64,000 bases of DNA, from the NCBI GenBank assembly GCA_002269645.1, contig NIVC01001830.1, positions 169,064-233,063 of the forward strand, in the 5' to 3' direction. Positions within the stretch are counted from its first letter, which is position 1. Every line of letters begins with the position of its first letter. Both the position numbers and the translations under genes were made by a program. Below, piece after piece: positions 1-14,039 of the stretch. The notes under the pieces were generated by a model. The model searched no databases. It saw only the letters and a program-made list of their open reading frames with translations, and was not told the origin of the DNA. Source of the stretch: Macrostomum lignano. Lineage: Eukaryota.

Positions 1-310
1 TTCTGCAGAGCTCGCGACTCTCTTAATTACCCTCACTCCGACGATTAATTAATGAACTCAGCAGTTGCAGGTGCTGTAAAAAAGTACGCGAGATTTTTTA
101 GGCAAAAATTGAGAAATTTTGGACAACCTTGAATCCATCTTAGCTCTGACCTCGTGTGCCAATCAAATTTTTATGATTCAGAACAATTGGAAAAAATATC
201 TCAACTCTCAATTCTTCCCAATATTGACTACGCCTCTTCGTAATTGTTCTCTGCTCTCTCACCTATCTACTCTTCCGCATGCATCTTCGTATCATACGTC
301 TGTTCTTTCA

Positions 311-778
311 CATCTCTACTCTCACCTGTGCATTCTCTCTCATCTCTACTCTCACCTGTGCATTCTCGCCCATCTCTACTCTCACCTGTGTATTCTCCCT
401 CATATCTACTCTCACCTGTGTATTCTCCCTCATATCTACTCTCACCTGTGTATTCTCCCTCATCTCTACTCTCACCTGTGTATTCTCCCTCATCTCTACT
501 CTCACCTGTGTATTCTCTCTCATCTCTACTCTCACCTGTGCATTCTCCCTCATCTATACTCTCACCTGTGTATTCTCCCTTATATTTACTCTCACCTGTG
601 TATTCTCCTTCATCTCTACTTTCACCTGTGTATTCTTCCTCATCTCGACTCTCACCTGTGCATTCTCTCTCATCTCAACTCTCACCTGTGTATTCTCCAT
701 CATATCTACTCTCACCTGTGTATTCTCCCTCAAATCTACTCTCACCTGTGCATTCTCCCTTACCCTCATCTCTACTCC
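311..778. repeat. 30-bp minisatellite (CATCTCTACTCTCACCTGTGTATTCTCCCT), ~15 copies
   Basis: Direct tandem periodicity. Confidence 0.95.
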
Positions 779-1775
779 ACTCAGCCAGGTTATCCGCTAA
801 GCACCCAACGGCAGCAGCACTAATTGGTAGAGCATCTTAACTGGCTAGCACCAGTTTTACAACCTCAACCAGGTCCTGCACCGCTATATAGAATTAAAAC
901 CCATTGAAGCAGGGTTGTACACAAAATCCTGCTCATGCTTCGCTAGCCCATTGACTCACTCCGCTGCTGCACACTGCAGGCGGCGGGGCTGACGCAAAGG
1001 CCTCTACTGGTTGGCGGGCGGCCTCCGCGGGGTTGGAACAAAGGCCTCATTAATAATTAATGAGCCCCATCGCTTGCTTTATGCGCGCAATGCGATTCAG
1101 GGCCTAAGAAAGGGTCGGATGGCCACCCACGTAACTCTGCTATCCAAAGCTTTATTCATCGGAAAGAAAAGGGTTCCTTCTTTTATTGAGCATCTTCATC
1201 AGAGTCCCCAGCATCACTCTCCCTCTCCATCTCTCCCTAATCAAGCTGTCGCTCTGAGTGCAGTCCTTCGTCGATGCTGAAGGATCTCGTCAGCTGCAAC
1301 TACGGCTCAGGGGGAACAGCGCGGCCAAGTGTGAAGGCAGCTTTCTTGCATGGACACCCAAGTCTAACAAGGCCTCTCATTCAAAACAAGAAAAGCTTCT
1401 AAAAGACGAACAAAGGCAAGAAAAGCAAAGGCACTGCCAGTTGGGCTCGCGTGAAAAGAAAGAGAAAGAAGAGGGCCAGCCCAGCGCTTCTGCAGCAGCT
1501 GTTGGGTATCGGACTGAAGGCCTGCAGATCCTTCCCAGCCATTTCTAGGTGTCATTTATCAGCCAACTCCGACTCGAGGTCCAACGTTGAGCACTTGTGC
1601 TCAAAAACACCAAAATTGAATTTGTTAGGGGAGGAGCCCTGAGTTGAGATTTTCTGCTCACACGTTCTTATAGATTTATAAGCTTGTACAATTATTACCA
1701 GGCAAAATGAAACAAAAGCATAGCACAGACAGAAAGACTGACAGACAGAAAGACAGACCGAAGGGGCGCACAGCA

Positions 1776-1790
1776 ATAGATAGATAGATG

Positions 1791-1877
<87 letters not shown>

Positions 1878-1878
1878 G

Positions 1879-1935
<57 letters not shown>
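1776..1935. repeat. (GATA)n microsatellite
   Basis: Direct reading. Confidence 0.98.
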
Positions 1936-2547
1936 TATTCGCATCGCTACCTGCCGTCTACACCTGCTTGGCATAGAAAGGCAATTTAATGGCAAAGCCA
2001 CGTCAGCTCACCGGCTTTGTCTGAGCAGCTCTATTAGAAGCAACAACCGAAAGAGCATGACTCACTCCCTCTGTTTGTCTATGCCGCGGCAGACTATTGA
2101 ATTTCATTGCCGAGGCTCGTGGCGCAATCGCACGCCGCCCCCACAGAGCGGCCCAGCCCGAGAGACCATGCAGTTTTAAGCTGTCTGAGCCGCCGCTTGT
2201 GGCATGCTTTTGCCGTTGAGTTTCCGAATCAGATGTCGCCCCGAAGGCTTTGCTTTTTTGGATTGAATTTCTAGCGCGAATGTTTTAATCCTTCTGGGCC
2301 CGTTTGTGCTTGCAGGCGTTTTTATGAAATAATTCAGGATCTATTGTTACCAGGAAATACTATTTTTTGGCGCACTCAACGGTTATAATCCAGGAATTTG
2401 CCTGGATTGCCTACTCTTCTTCAGCCGCATTTGACGGGATTATGACGAGATCAGTGATTGCTGCTAAGAAAAGCATTGAGGACCAGAGGTATGGCTGGTG
2501 GGGCTCACCGGTCGCCCAAGCTCTGAACTCTAAAAGTATATGGCGCT

Positions 2548-3033
2548 GGCGCCAGCACCAGGGGCGCCAGCACCAGGGGCGCCAGCACCAGGGGCGCCAG
2601 CACCAGGGGCGCCAGCACCAGGGGCGCCAGCACCAGGGGCGCCAGCACCAGGGGCGCCAGCACCAGGGGCGCCAGCACCAGGGGCGCCAGCACCAGGGGC
2701 GCCAGCACCAGGGGCGCCAGCACCAGGGGCGCCAGCACCAGGGGCGCCAGCACCAGGGGCGCCAGCACCAGGGGCGCCAGCACCAGGGGCGCCAGCACCA
2801 GGGGCGCCAGCACCAGGGGCGCCAGCACCAGGGGCGCCAGCACCAGGGGCGCCAGCACCAGGGGCGCCAGCACCAGGGGCGCCAGCACCAGGGGCGCCAG
2901 CACCAGGGGCGCCAGCACCAGGGGCGCCAGCACCAGGGGCGCCAGCACCAGGGGCGCCAGCACCAGGGGCGCCAGCACCAGGGGCGCCAGCACCAGGGGC
3001 GCCAGCACCAGGGGCGCCAGCACCAGGGGCGCC
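2548..3033. repeat. Perfect 15-bp GC-rich minisatellite (GGCGCCAGCACCAGG), ~32 copies
   Basis: No variant units seen. Confidence 0.97.
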
Positions 3034-3303
3034 AACCGCCTCATCCCTGGTACAGCCAGACAGGCGGGTTGCGCTGCAGTGTAGGAAATATTCACCCGTT
3101 TGTATTGAAAGCAAAATGCAGAAAATAAAGACAATAGGGAATCGTGAGTATCAGAAGCAGAGTGTGTGTCGATACAATGGGGCAATGCGATGAGTGGGAT
3201 AACTCTAGGGAGCTGGGCTCGATGAGAAATGAATAGAATCAGAATTGATTACGTGCTCTAGCTATTTTTCATTGCTTATATTCTCTGCTTCACGTAAGTG
3301 TTG

Positions 3304-3317
3304 GTTTCTATGGCAAC
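3304..3317. promoter_or_regulatory. RFX X-box-like motif GTTTCTATGGCAAC
   Basis: Fits the consensus GTHNYYATRRNAAC; function not demonstrable from sequence. Confidence 0.35.
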
Positions 3318-6300
3318 AGGAAAGCGTATTTTCTGAACTAGTGCAGTGATTTGGGAATTTTGAATCTTTAGAACGGGTGAATGAATCATAGTGGATTGGT
3401 TGGCATAGAAATGGTTGCACTGCAGAGGGTGGGCAGAGGACGCAGCTGACCCCCTTGAATTGAGATGGGGGCACTACCTTTCCAGGGGAGGTCAAGGAAA
3501 CTATGGTAAGAAGAAAGATCTTGCCTGGAAAAGAACCACTAGCCGTTGCGAGGTAAATTTGCACTTTGCATTTGCGTTGGTTTTGTTAACCTCACCTCAA
3601 GCAGCTACGGGGACGAGGCCAAGGCCGAACTCTTTCGCAGTTTGTTATCTCTGTTTTTTCCCGCAATAAGTGCCCCCCTTGGGAATGTTTGGGTCTGAGC
3701 CGGGAGAGGCCCGAAGTGACGCGGCCAGGAATGATCGATTAGTCGTCGCGTCCAATTTGCCGCGCTTTTTCGCAACGCTACAGAAGAGGCAGCGGCCCAG
3801 TTAAATGAACTTCAGACGATCAAAAGCGGCGGAAAATCTAAAAACATTCACGTCCTTGCTCGGCGGGGAGGGGATTTTTTCCCTCTAATTCGTAATTGGC
3901 GCAGAAGGATTTCTTCAGCAATATCATAGCGATTTGGCGGGCTTCGTAACGAAGCTCGCAGCAAATTATTAAATTACTCTCCAACGTAAATTACAGGTAG
4001 GATTGCTCGCGGGGCACACTTTTTGGACTCGGTCCAACTAACAACGAACATGCAGACTAACATGTAAGCCTCGGGTACAATTCAAAGATGCCCAAAGTAT
4101 TAATTAAAATTTCAAGTTTGTCCTTTGTGTTGAATTTAATCAGAACTGTCAGGACAAACAGGAAGTCTGCAGCCCTCGAATTCAAATTTCCGCCGGTGGA
4201 AGAGTGATCGAATGCCAAATACCATTTACACACAGGTAACCAGCCACTAATGTTTCATAGCACATCAAAGAGAATTATAATTAGTATGGTGTTTGCTAAT
4301 ATAATGTTTTCTGTACAACATAATGTGAATCTGTTTAAAGAGGTTTGTTTACCCCTAGCAATGCAAGCCTCTGGGCAGGGATTAGACATATAAGCCGATC
4401 TTTTCCCGACCGCTTCGTCCCATCCTCTCGTCCCTATCCAGCGCTAATGGCCTCACACAAAATCTTTTTCTCCTCTGCCTGGTTTTTACCTCTACCTGAG
4501 TGACTCATAGGCGGTACGGCTTGTACAGGAGCAGTGGCAAGGTGCGCGGGGACAGATGCTCAACTGTACATCCGTCCGCCCACGAAGTAGTCGCATGGTA
4601 TTCGGTAGGTCCAGACGTCTATTTCATTCGCCTTCTCCCCCTCTCTCTAATCCTTCTCTCTCCGCGAGCTCATTACTCGATACCCTCGGCCGATTGGGCG
4701 GGGTCACGAATTCTCTAGACCTGTAGCTGGACTCGTAGAGGCCGGGGCATTACTCACCCAGGACTCAGTTTCTGGGTATTGCTCTGCAGTCGGCATTGTT
4801 AGATACATTGCATTGCATTTATCGGTAGCCATACAGAAACACATTCAAGCGAGCAGGCGAGGCCTCGAGAGTTGAGATGCGCTGGAAGAAGTTAAACGAA
4901 TTCCAGCCAAATGACTCATATGATAATTAAAGGGCCCGCGCTGCATTAAAATGCAAATGCTTTTTCAGAATGGAATGGCTACAACTGTAGGCCACAATGG
5001 TAGATTGAGGTGAACAGCAGGTCAAAGTGCTCGGACTGTGAATTATTGTCCACCGGAAAAGAAATTTCACTCGTAAAAAACGGTCTGAAAAGAAGCAGAG
5101 TTGATTGAAGGCTGCAACTGATCAAGAGGGGAGGAAGTCTTGGACCAGCTGCAGGCAGGACGCTGCTAAAGAAAAATAAATCTAAATAGGCATTCCATTC
5201 CGCAAGTTCAAGGGTTCTTTTGTTCGCTGAAGTCCCTCTGGCTTGAATTTTTTGTTAAGTTCGTCGCCCTAGAGGCTGGTATACGACGGGTGCAGTCTCT
5301 AACGTACCTTATTATGCAGCGAAGACTTGCTGGTTTTTATCAAATCTCGCCCTGCCAATCCACCTGGGAATTGATGTAGGCATGAAAAATTAACGAGCTC
5401 AATAGACTCGCCCTAGCAACCAGCCCTAGCAACCAAGGCTATGCTAACCTTCAAGGTTATACTCGCCAGGCACTTTTGCAGGTGGAATAGGAGATTGATT
5501 AAGTAAACAGAAAAGTGTAGGGCCTGTGGATTACTGCAGTTAGCGATCCGCAGTTGGGATTTTGGGAGGTTTTTAGGCTCTCAAATTTCCTTGTATTTCC
5601 AACGACGTAGGGAGCATGTACTCGTACTAGGCATACCTGACTTTAACATATTTTATTAAGTATTTAGGCTTTAGAAAGCTTTACAGACTTACAAAGCTGC
5701 TATCGTACTATGGTGGTCCTGCGAGTAGAAATGATTTTACCACCATTGTCTCCACCAAACACTCATTACCATCGAAGAACCTCTTAGAACCAGTGTCTGA
5801 GACCTCAGCCAGCAGGCAGTTGAGACAAAAGACCTACCAGCTGGAGTCGCACCAGCAGGTCTCTGAGGTTGAACTTGCCGAGTCTTAGTTTGCATGCCTC
5901 TAAGAGTTTTAGACTGACCTGCTCGAGTACATCTACTCATCTGTCGCAAAATACATCAAAGCATTTCTTCGCAGCGCCTGGCATTGACTCATTGACTCAT
6001 TGACTCAATTCAACACTGCTCAATTGAGTTGGCGGTATCGTTCGCAAAATTGTATTAGTCATCAAGTTCTCATAAAGTGGCGCTATGTTTGTTATAAACC
6101 AGCATTGGACCGCTCCCTTCTATGCTCATATTGCGCCTCATTCTGATCCCGATCTGCAGCACCCCCTCCTCTTTTTTATTCCCACCCTCGTGCTTTTTTC
6201 CTGTGAAGAAGCTACCCCCGGCTCAGCTATGCGACTATAGTCAGCCGGCACCCCGGAGGCTCACAAGTGCCTTCCTGCTCACAAGTGAGCAGCCAGGTCT

Positions 6301-6499
6301 TCCCTCTTGTCCCAACAATGGGTGTAGACGACATGCAGGACTGCTGCCTAGTTGTATTGAGAGCTCCAGCGAATCTAGACTTTTTATGCTAGATCTCTGT
6401 CAGCTTGTGAATTGCGTGAGCTGGTACCGCCCTTTAACCGATTTTTTAGACTCCCCTTTGAGCAGATAGGATTCCCCTGTTTCTAATCCCGGGTAATTG

Positions 6500-6722
<223 letters not shown>

Positions 6723-7299
6723 AATATAAAATATATCGAGGTCATATCGTTTGTGAAAAACGCCTCTCCAAGAATGTTGAATGACTCACAGTGCACACCA
6801 ATCTGGAGTACTCTAGCACTGGCGGAAGCTTCAGAGGGAAGAGGCGGGTCAACCTGCTCCAGCCCGACTTCCCTCTGTTCCCCCGCCAGCTGGCCTAGCA
6901 GTGGCTTAATCACTTAATTTGCATTGGCTAATTGTTCAAAGCCCTAATCTAACCAACCCTTCATGCAGCAATTGTACAGACACAGTCCAGTGATCCGGGA
7001 GCGAGGGTCCATCTGATTACACTTTACGATTACGACAAAGACCGTCTGGGCCTGTAGTTGCGCTCCGTGGTTGAGTAGAGATGACTGATAGACCCGCTAT
7101 GTTGCTCATATAGCTAGACTGGGTGTAATTATAATTGGAGGACCAACCCACGGTTTGAGCATGTAGCTTTCTATAGATTTACAGTGCTGCTCGTTGTTCA
7201 GTAGTGTTAATGATTGAGATGAATGAGATCATACTGCACTCGTATAGATGGCTTTATTCAACTATATGATGGAAACGATGAATGCAGTCGCTGTGATGG

Positions 7300-7712
7300 T
7301 CTATCTATGGTCTATGGCTTGTCTATTGTCTGTGGCCTGTCTGTTATCTATGGTTTGTCTATCGCCTGTGGCCTGTCTATATGATCTATGGTTTGTCTAT
7401 TGTCTGTGGCCTGTCTGTTATCTATGGTTTGTCTATCGCCTGTGGCCTGTCTATATGATCTATGGTTTGTCTATTGTCTGTGGCCTGTCTATGATCTACG
7501 AGCTATGGTTTGTCTATTGTCTGTGGCCTGTCTTGGCCTGTCTATGATCTATGGTTTGTCTATTGTCTGTGGCCTGTCTGTTATCTATGGTTTGTCTATC
7601 GCCTGTGGCCTGTCTATATGATCTGTGGTTTGTCTATCGTCTGTGGCCCTGTCTATGTTCTATGGTTTGTCTATCGTCTGTGGCCTGTCTATGGTCTATG
7701 GTTTGTCTGTGA
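7300..7712. repeat. 36/38-bp alternating minisatellite (TCTATGGTTTGTCTATTGTCTGTGGCCTGTCT..)
   Basis: Tandem periodicity. Confidence 0.9.
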
Positions 7713-8770
7713 TCTGCCATTAAACAGGCGGAATTCTTGCTCTGAGAAAGAATATATGAAGTGTTTCTACCAGGACTATTGCTGTTTTGTTAGTTTTAGA
7801 TTTTTTAAATTGTCATATTCCTATAGAATATGATATAGGAATATAAATTATTCTTCAGGTAATTTTGGCAGAAATTTTACTGTATTACAGACTTTGACAG
7901 TAGATATTTAACTGTAGGATGGGATTCAGGGAAACCAAGTCAGTTAAATTTCATAGAGATCCCATATGCCAGCTATTAATCCTACGAGCGTAGTGCTGTG
8001 CAGCATCCCCGATAATGGATCTCTTAAGCTCTATCTACATATCTGGGGTTCTGATGCTAGTCATTGAACTAGAATAGAGAATTTTGCATTCTAAACAAAG
8101 CAACGAGCCCCCGTGCCTCTAAAACACATTTTAAATTGTGAAGCGAATGCAATTTTTATCCTAAAATCCCAGATCCCAGATGCTATACAACTAATGCCTT
8201 TGTCGGCTTTTAGCATTTTTACAGAACATCTGCAACGCAGAAATCGCCGGGAATCAGTGGCAGGCAGACAGAGGCTAAAGGAGATTATGCAATTTCGCAT
8301 GCTGGGGCCACGGATTGTAAACACAGTTGATGCAGCCCGTGTATATATAGCTATGGTTTGACCACTTCTAGCCCAAACATGACCTTGAGGACGGGGCGAG
8401 GTATTGGGCAGGAAGCGCGAGCGGAAACAGCGGATAAGCGGATGCAGTAAGTGCTAGCCAAGGAATTGGGCAGCAAGTCCCACTGCTGTTCGGGCCATGC
8501 TGCCATTGTTTATAGCGGCCAGTTGGGAATTTCAAGAACGAAGAGAATCAAAGGGATAATTGTTTTACGGTAGAACACCAAATTCGACTAGCCAATTTTC
8601 GTTTCAAGCCTTTCGTCATTAGCTTTCCGGAGTGCATTTTAGTGTTAAAATAGACGCGATAATCTAATTTTGCTACTTACAAGTAGACTGTAAAAGAGAA
8701 TTTGCGCGAGATATGTCTATGATACCAAAAAGACTATTAAAAAGTGATTAGTATTCGCAGTTAATCCAAT

Positions 8771-8842
8771 GGGGGTATAGCTCAGTGGTAGAGCATTCGA
8801 CTGCAGATCGAGAGGTCCTTGGTTCAAATCCGAGTACCCCCT
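8771..8842 (+). tRNA. tRNA-Cys (anticodon GCA, 8803-8805)
   Basis: Full cloverleaf: acceptor GGGGGTA/TACCCCC, D-arm GCTCAGTGGTAGAGC, anticodon stem TTCGA/TCGAG, T-loop TTCAAAT; T4 run at 8849-8852. Confidence 0.97.
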
Positions 8843-9409
8843 CAATAATTTTGCGCTTAATACTTCTTGATCGGATTTTATTGTATAACCCCAATGCATT
8901 TACTCATAATCAGACTGCTGTCTTATGAAATTCAACAAATCGTGGAAATTTCCCCGATTTAATTACCACACTAATCGCACTACTGTTGTCAGTAGTTGAT
9001 CCTTAAGACCCAAACCCTAAATCAAAACGAATCAAGGGAAAAGAATGAGTCTAATCACGTAATCAGTCTCGAAACCAGCTTAATCAGGATTTTGGACAAC
9101 TCAATCTCAATCAAATTTGTAGACAGGCTGCGGGGGTAACATGTTGGTCAAGTGATTCAGTTGGCTGACCCCCGCTACTGGAAAAAGTCCAGGATAGGGA
9201 TTGAAAAATCCCTGGCTTTGTGATCCCGGGATTTGCGGTCCATAGCTCAGGATTCAGCGTTCAAAAGAGGCACAATAAAAAATTAAACAACGCAAGAGCG
9301 AAGACTGAAGAGTCTCAAGACGCTACAGTCCAGAAGTCCTACAAAGATAAATTTGGTTCGAACTGTATGATGCAGTTTCAATTTCTGGAGAAAAGACACC
9401 CCACCCCAT

Positions 9410-10190
9410 CAAAGACATCCTTCACTTCCCAGAAAGACACCCTTCACTTTCCAGAAAGACATCCTTCACTTCCCAGAAAGACACCCTTCACTTTCCAGAA
9501 AGACACCCTTCACTTTCCAGAAAGACATCCTTCACTTCCCGGAAAGGCATTCTTCACTTTCCAGAAAGACATCCTTCACTTCCCGGAAAGGCATCCTTCA
9601 CTTTCCAGAAAGACATCCTTCACTTCCCGGAAAGACACCCTTCACTTTCCAGAAAGACACCCTTCACTTTCCAGAAAGACATCCTTCATTTCCCGGAAAG
9701 GCATTCTTCACTTTCCAGAAAGACATCCTTCACTTCCCGGAAAGGCATTCTTCACTTTCCAGAAAGACATCCTTCACTTCCCGGAAAGGCATTCTTCACT
9801 TTCCAGAAAGACATCCTTCACTTCACAGAAAGACATCCTTCACTTTCCAGAAAGACATCCTTCACTTCCCGGAAAGGCATTCTTCACTTTCCAGAAAGAC
9901 ATCCTTCACTTCCCAGAAAGACACCCTTCACTTCACAGAAAGACATCCTTCACTTTCCAGAAAGACACCCTTCACTTCACAGAAAGACATCCTTCACTTC
10001 CCAGAAAGACATCCTTCACTTCCCAGAAAGACATCCTTCACTTCCCAGAAAGACATCCTTCACTTCCCAGAAAGACATCCTTCACTTCCCAGAAAGACAC
10101 CCTTCACTTTCCAGAAAGACATCCTTCACTTCCCAGAAAGACATCCTTCACTTCCCAGAAAGACACCCTTCACTTCCCAGAAAGACATCC
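9410..10190. repeat. 22-bp minisatellite (AGAAAGACATCCTTCACTTCCC)
   Basis: Tandem periodicity. Confidence 0.95.
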
Positions 10191-10214
10191 AGACATCCAG
10201 ACTTCCCAGAAAGG

Positions 10215-10450
10215 ATGGAGAAGAGGATAGAGGATATGAGAGAAGAGATGAGATCTTAAGATGTGAGAGGCGAGAGGCGAGATGAGAGATGAGAGAGAAG
10301 ATAAGAGGAGATAAGAGAGGAGAGAGGAGAGGAGAGGAGGGAGGAGAGGAAAGAGGAGAGGAGAGGAGAGGAGGGAGGAGAGGAGAGAGAAGAGGAGAGA
10401 GGGCAGAGGAGAGAGGAGAGAAGAGAGGAAATAACTGAGAAGAGAGATGA
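10215..10450. repeat. Polypurine (GGAGA-type) tract
   Basis: Almost pure A/G on the + strand. Confidence 0.9.
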
Positions 10451-11099
10451 GAAGAACTCTGAGCGGGCCGGATTTCTTGCTATTGTGAAGTTTCAATGGA
10501 CCTTAGGGCCGGATAGAGAGGCTTCGTGTGCCGCATGTGCCTTGCCGACCCTTGTCGTAGAAAGACACCCTTCACTTCTCAAAAAGACACGCCTTCAATT
10601 GCCAGAAAGGTACCCTTGGTTTTCCCGAAAGACATCCCCTCCCTTCCATAAAAAGACACCCCTTAACTTCTTAGTAAGACACGCCTTCACTTTCCTAAAT
10701 TCAAGTCAAACACAGCAAGGAAGTAAACTAGAGACAAGCGAGAGGGCAAGCCATGGGTACCCGTAGGAGCGAACAAAAAGTGAGCAAAGGGCAAAAGGCG
10801 AGCAAGGTTTATATTTTTGTATTGCATTTTTGAGTCTTTCACATTAGGGAATAATTGAATGGTACGAACATTGCTGCTTCTTCTCATTGGCTGAGGCTGG
10901 GGTCGTGTCCTCAGCTTTTGCTTGTTGGAAGCTCTTTGATAGGTTGTTCATACGACCTACCTTCAGACTGGATGGGATTGGGAACTACAGGGCCAAAAAT
11001 ATGTATCATTTTAACACTTCACAGTCATCAATTGCCAGAAAGACACCTTCACTACTCAGAAGACACCCTTGGCTTCCCTTCCCAGTAAGGCACGCTTAT

Positions 11100-11910
11100 A
11101 ATTTCACAGAAAGACACCCATTCATTTCCCAGGAAGACACCCGTTCATTTACCCGGAAGAAACCCCTTCATTTCCCAGAAAGACACCCCTTCATTTCCCA
11201 GGAAGAAAAACTTCATTTCACAGAAAGACACCCCTTCATTTCCCAGAAAGACACCCCTTCATTTCCCAGAAAGACAACCCTTCATTTCCCAGGAAGAAAA
11301 ACTTCATTTCCCAGGAAGACACCCCTTCATTTCCCAGAAAGACACCCCCTCATTTCCCAGAAAGACACCCCTTCATTTCCCAGGAAGACACCCCTTCATT
11401 TCCCAGGAAGACACCCCTTCATTTCCCAGGAAGAAAAACTTCATTTCCCAGAAAGACACCCCTTCATTTCCCAAAAAGACACGCCTTCATTTCCCAGGAA
11501 GACAATCCCTTCATTTCCCAGGAAGGCACCCCTTTATTTCACAGGAAGACACCCCTTCATTTCCCAGAAAGACACCCCTTCATTTCCCAAAAAGACACGC
11601 CTTCAATTCCCAGGAAGACAATCCCTTCATTTCCCAGGAAGGCACCCCTTTATTTCCCAGGAAGACACCCCCTCATTTCTCAGAAAGACACGCCTTTATT
11701 TCCCAGAAAGACACCCACCCCTTCATATCCCAGGAAGAAACCCCTTCATTTCTCAGAAAGACACCTCTTCATTTCCCAGGAAGACAATCCCTTCACTTCC
11801 CAGAGACACCCTGCTTTTTTCCGAAAGACACCTTTCACTTCCCAAGTTCCCAGAAAGACCCTTCACTTCCAGAAAGACCCGTCACTTCTCAGAAAGTCAC
11901 CCCTTAACTT
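11100..11910. repeat. 23-bp minisatellite (CAGAAAGACACCCCTTCATTTCC), relative of the 9.4-kb array
   Basis: Tandem periodicity and a shared core. Confidence 0.92.
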
Positions 11911-12765
11911 CCCAGAAAAGGGAGAAAAGGGACGCATCACATTGCGTCATAATTTCTATATTGCCATATTTTCTTAGAACAATAATTTTTATTTCAGTGC
12001 ATTGTGAACTTTTCAGACTTTTTAGCAATCACGATTCACATCACTTCATCAGACAGTCAGTCTGACTCTGACCACATATCACATATCCTCCCAGTGGTAA
12101 GCGGTGAAGTGGCTAATTAAGTAAGGTTAATTAGGTTTTATAATTGCTCGATTTTGTTGATTTTAATTAATAGCTTGTAAATTATACATAAGATAGTCAG
12201 GGCAGGGTAAATGGGAAAGTTAAAGAACCTCTGAACCATTATTATGGGCTTTACCAGTTCAACCTATCTATAAAATGAAGAAAATTCAAGTTCAAACGAA
12301 AGATAACAATTTAAACTAGATTTTCACACCGTCTAATCTTCAAAGGCGATACCGATGGGCCCGTTGTGAGATTTTCCTATATTATAACCAAAGCACATGA
12401 TCAGAGACCGCCAGCTTTTATTACGGCTCTGATTACAGCTATGCGGTTAAGTGCCCCTTGCTAATGTAAGCCTGTACTGGATGTCCCAGTCTGCCCCTCC
12501 AGCCTTGCTAGGCACCAGGCCGCGATTTCATTGGCTACATGGGGCAGAAGGTAAAATCTCCTCTCTCTCACCCAAAGCGGCTCTCGCCACCCCCATGCCA
12601 CCCCACTTGCTAAACTGGAAGCCTTGGGAAGGGCGTCAAAGAAATAAAAACCAGCTTATTTAAACTGGATCTCTGTAGAATTAATTAACTGAGACAAGCT
12701 TAATAATACCAAGACTTCCAAAGTCAGAGGAGCATAACGGCTTCTGCAGTTAGAACGCGTAGAAA

Positions 12766-12864
12766 ATGTACAGCCACTCAAACCGCTCGGATTCGCTAGA
12801 CAACAAGCGCGGCAGGCCGATCCTCAAGAGAAGCGACTGCTTTAACTTTGTCGATGTAATCCAG
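12766..12864 (+). CDS. Candidate first coding exon of the Rbfox gene (MYSHSNRSDSLDNKRGRPILKRSDCFNFVD[VIQ])
   Basis: ATG 16 nt after acceptor TTCTGCAG (ends 12749) and GC3-rich codons. Two phase-0 donors (GTAATC after 12855, or CAG|GCGAGT after 12864) fit the phase-0 exon at 18050. No homology recognised. Confidence 0.4.
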
Positions 12865-14039
12865 GCGAGTATACTGTATTTGTCTATCCTATTATATGCC
12901 AAAAATACTCGTAGTGTACTTTTTACTACAATTTTACGCTTGTATTACTTTAAACTTCTACTTGCTTACTTTAACAATACCAGAGACGAGTCACTCAGTC
13001 TTTCAAACTTTCTTTTTTAACTGATAAGATATAAACTAAACTAACGACCTTCCATGTCCATAATCCATACAGATGCAAATAAAGATTAGTAGAACTTTCG
13101 CAAGTTTTCCTGTATTAAGTGTATAGTAGTGTACGGTATTTTACTCCATAAGTTGCTATTTATTAATATAGATCATTAGATCAATCTCGATGTTGATGAT
13201 CTTTAATAGTCAGGATTCAGGAAGACGTGAAAGAGGCCTGTGCTGCATGACTGCATGCGACTGCACGCAAACGCAAACAATTCTATTGTGAAATTTCAAA
13301 GCTCGTGGTCGTGGGAATGAGCAAGTTGTGCATTTTCACGGAGCATTAGCCATTATTGTATCATTAATAAATATTATAGTTAAGTTTTAAGTAACATCTA
13401 GATAGATAGATCATATTTGCCTTAAAATTCAATGCCAGATTCTCGGCTGCACAGTTGGTAATTCTAATCTAACCCAACATGAACTTAACTAGGAGAGACC
13501 GACTCATCGAAGCTTTGCTTCATTAGCTGCTTATTATATAGATAAAGCCAAACCGCTATTTAGACTCTATCTGATAAAGGTGCGCACACCAGGGGCGGAT
13601 TTAAGGGGGGAGGCGGTCGCTTCGCTTCTAGGGGTCACAATCCCGGGATCCCGGGGGCCGGGATTCACAGGGTCGGGATTCATAAAATCCCGGAAAGTTA
13701 ATGCTATGTTTTTATAATGTCTGATATAATAGCAATTAGCTAAACATCAAGTCTCTTATGGCAGTTAGTTAAAATATGGAACATAGATGTATCCATGTCC
13801 ACTCTCCGTTGCCCACTTTGTAAAATCTTTAATTTTGTTTGAATTGAGTCTTGTTTAAATAATTTAACGTTGATTTTCAATTTTAAACTCAGCGTGCGTG
13901 TCGTGACTCGTGAGTCGTGATAACCTGACAACGTGAATGCCCACCCACTGCCCAGACAGTAGTAGATTGAGATTGTGAGTGTAATATATACATTCATATT
14001 GCTTTGCATAGTAATTAATCATGACAGTGGGCGATACAT

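Noticed and set aside
810-880. tRNA-like fragment AATTGGTAGAGCAT
   Set aside because: Only a D-loop/A-box-like piece; no anticodon or T-arm can be folded.
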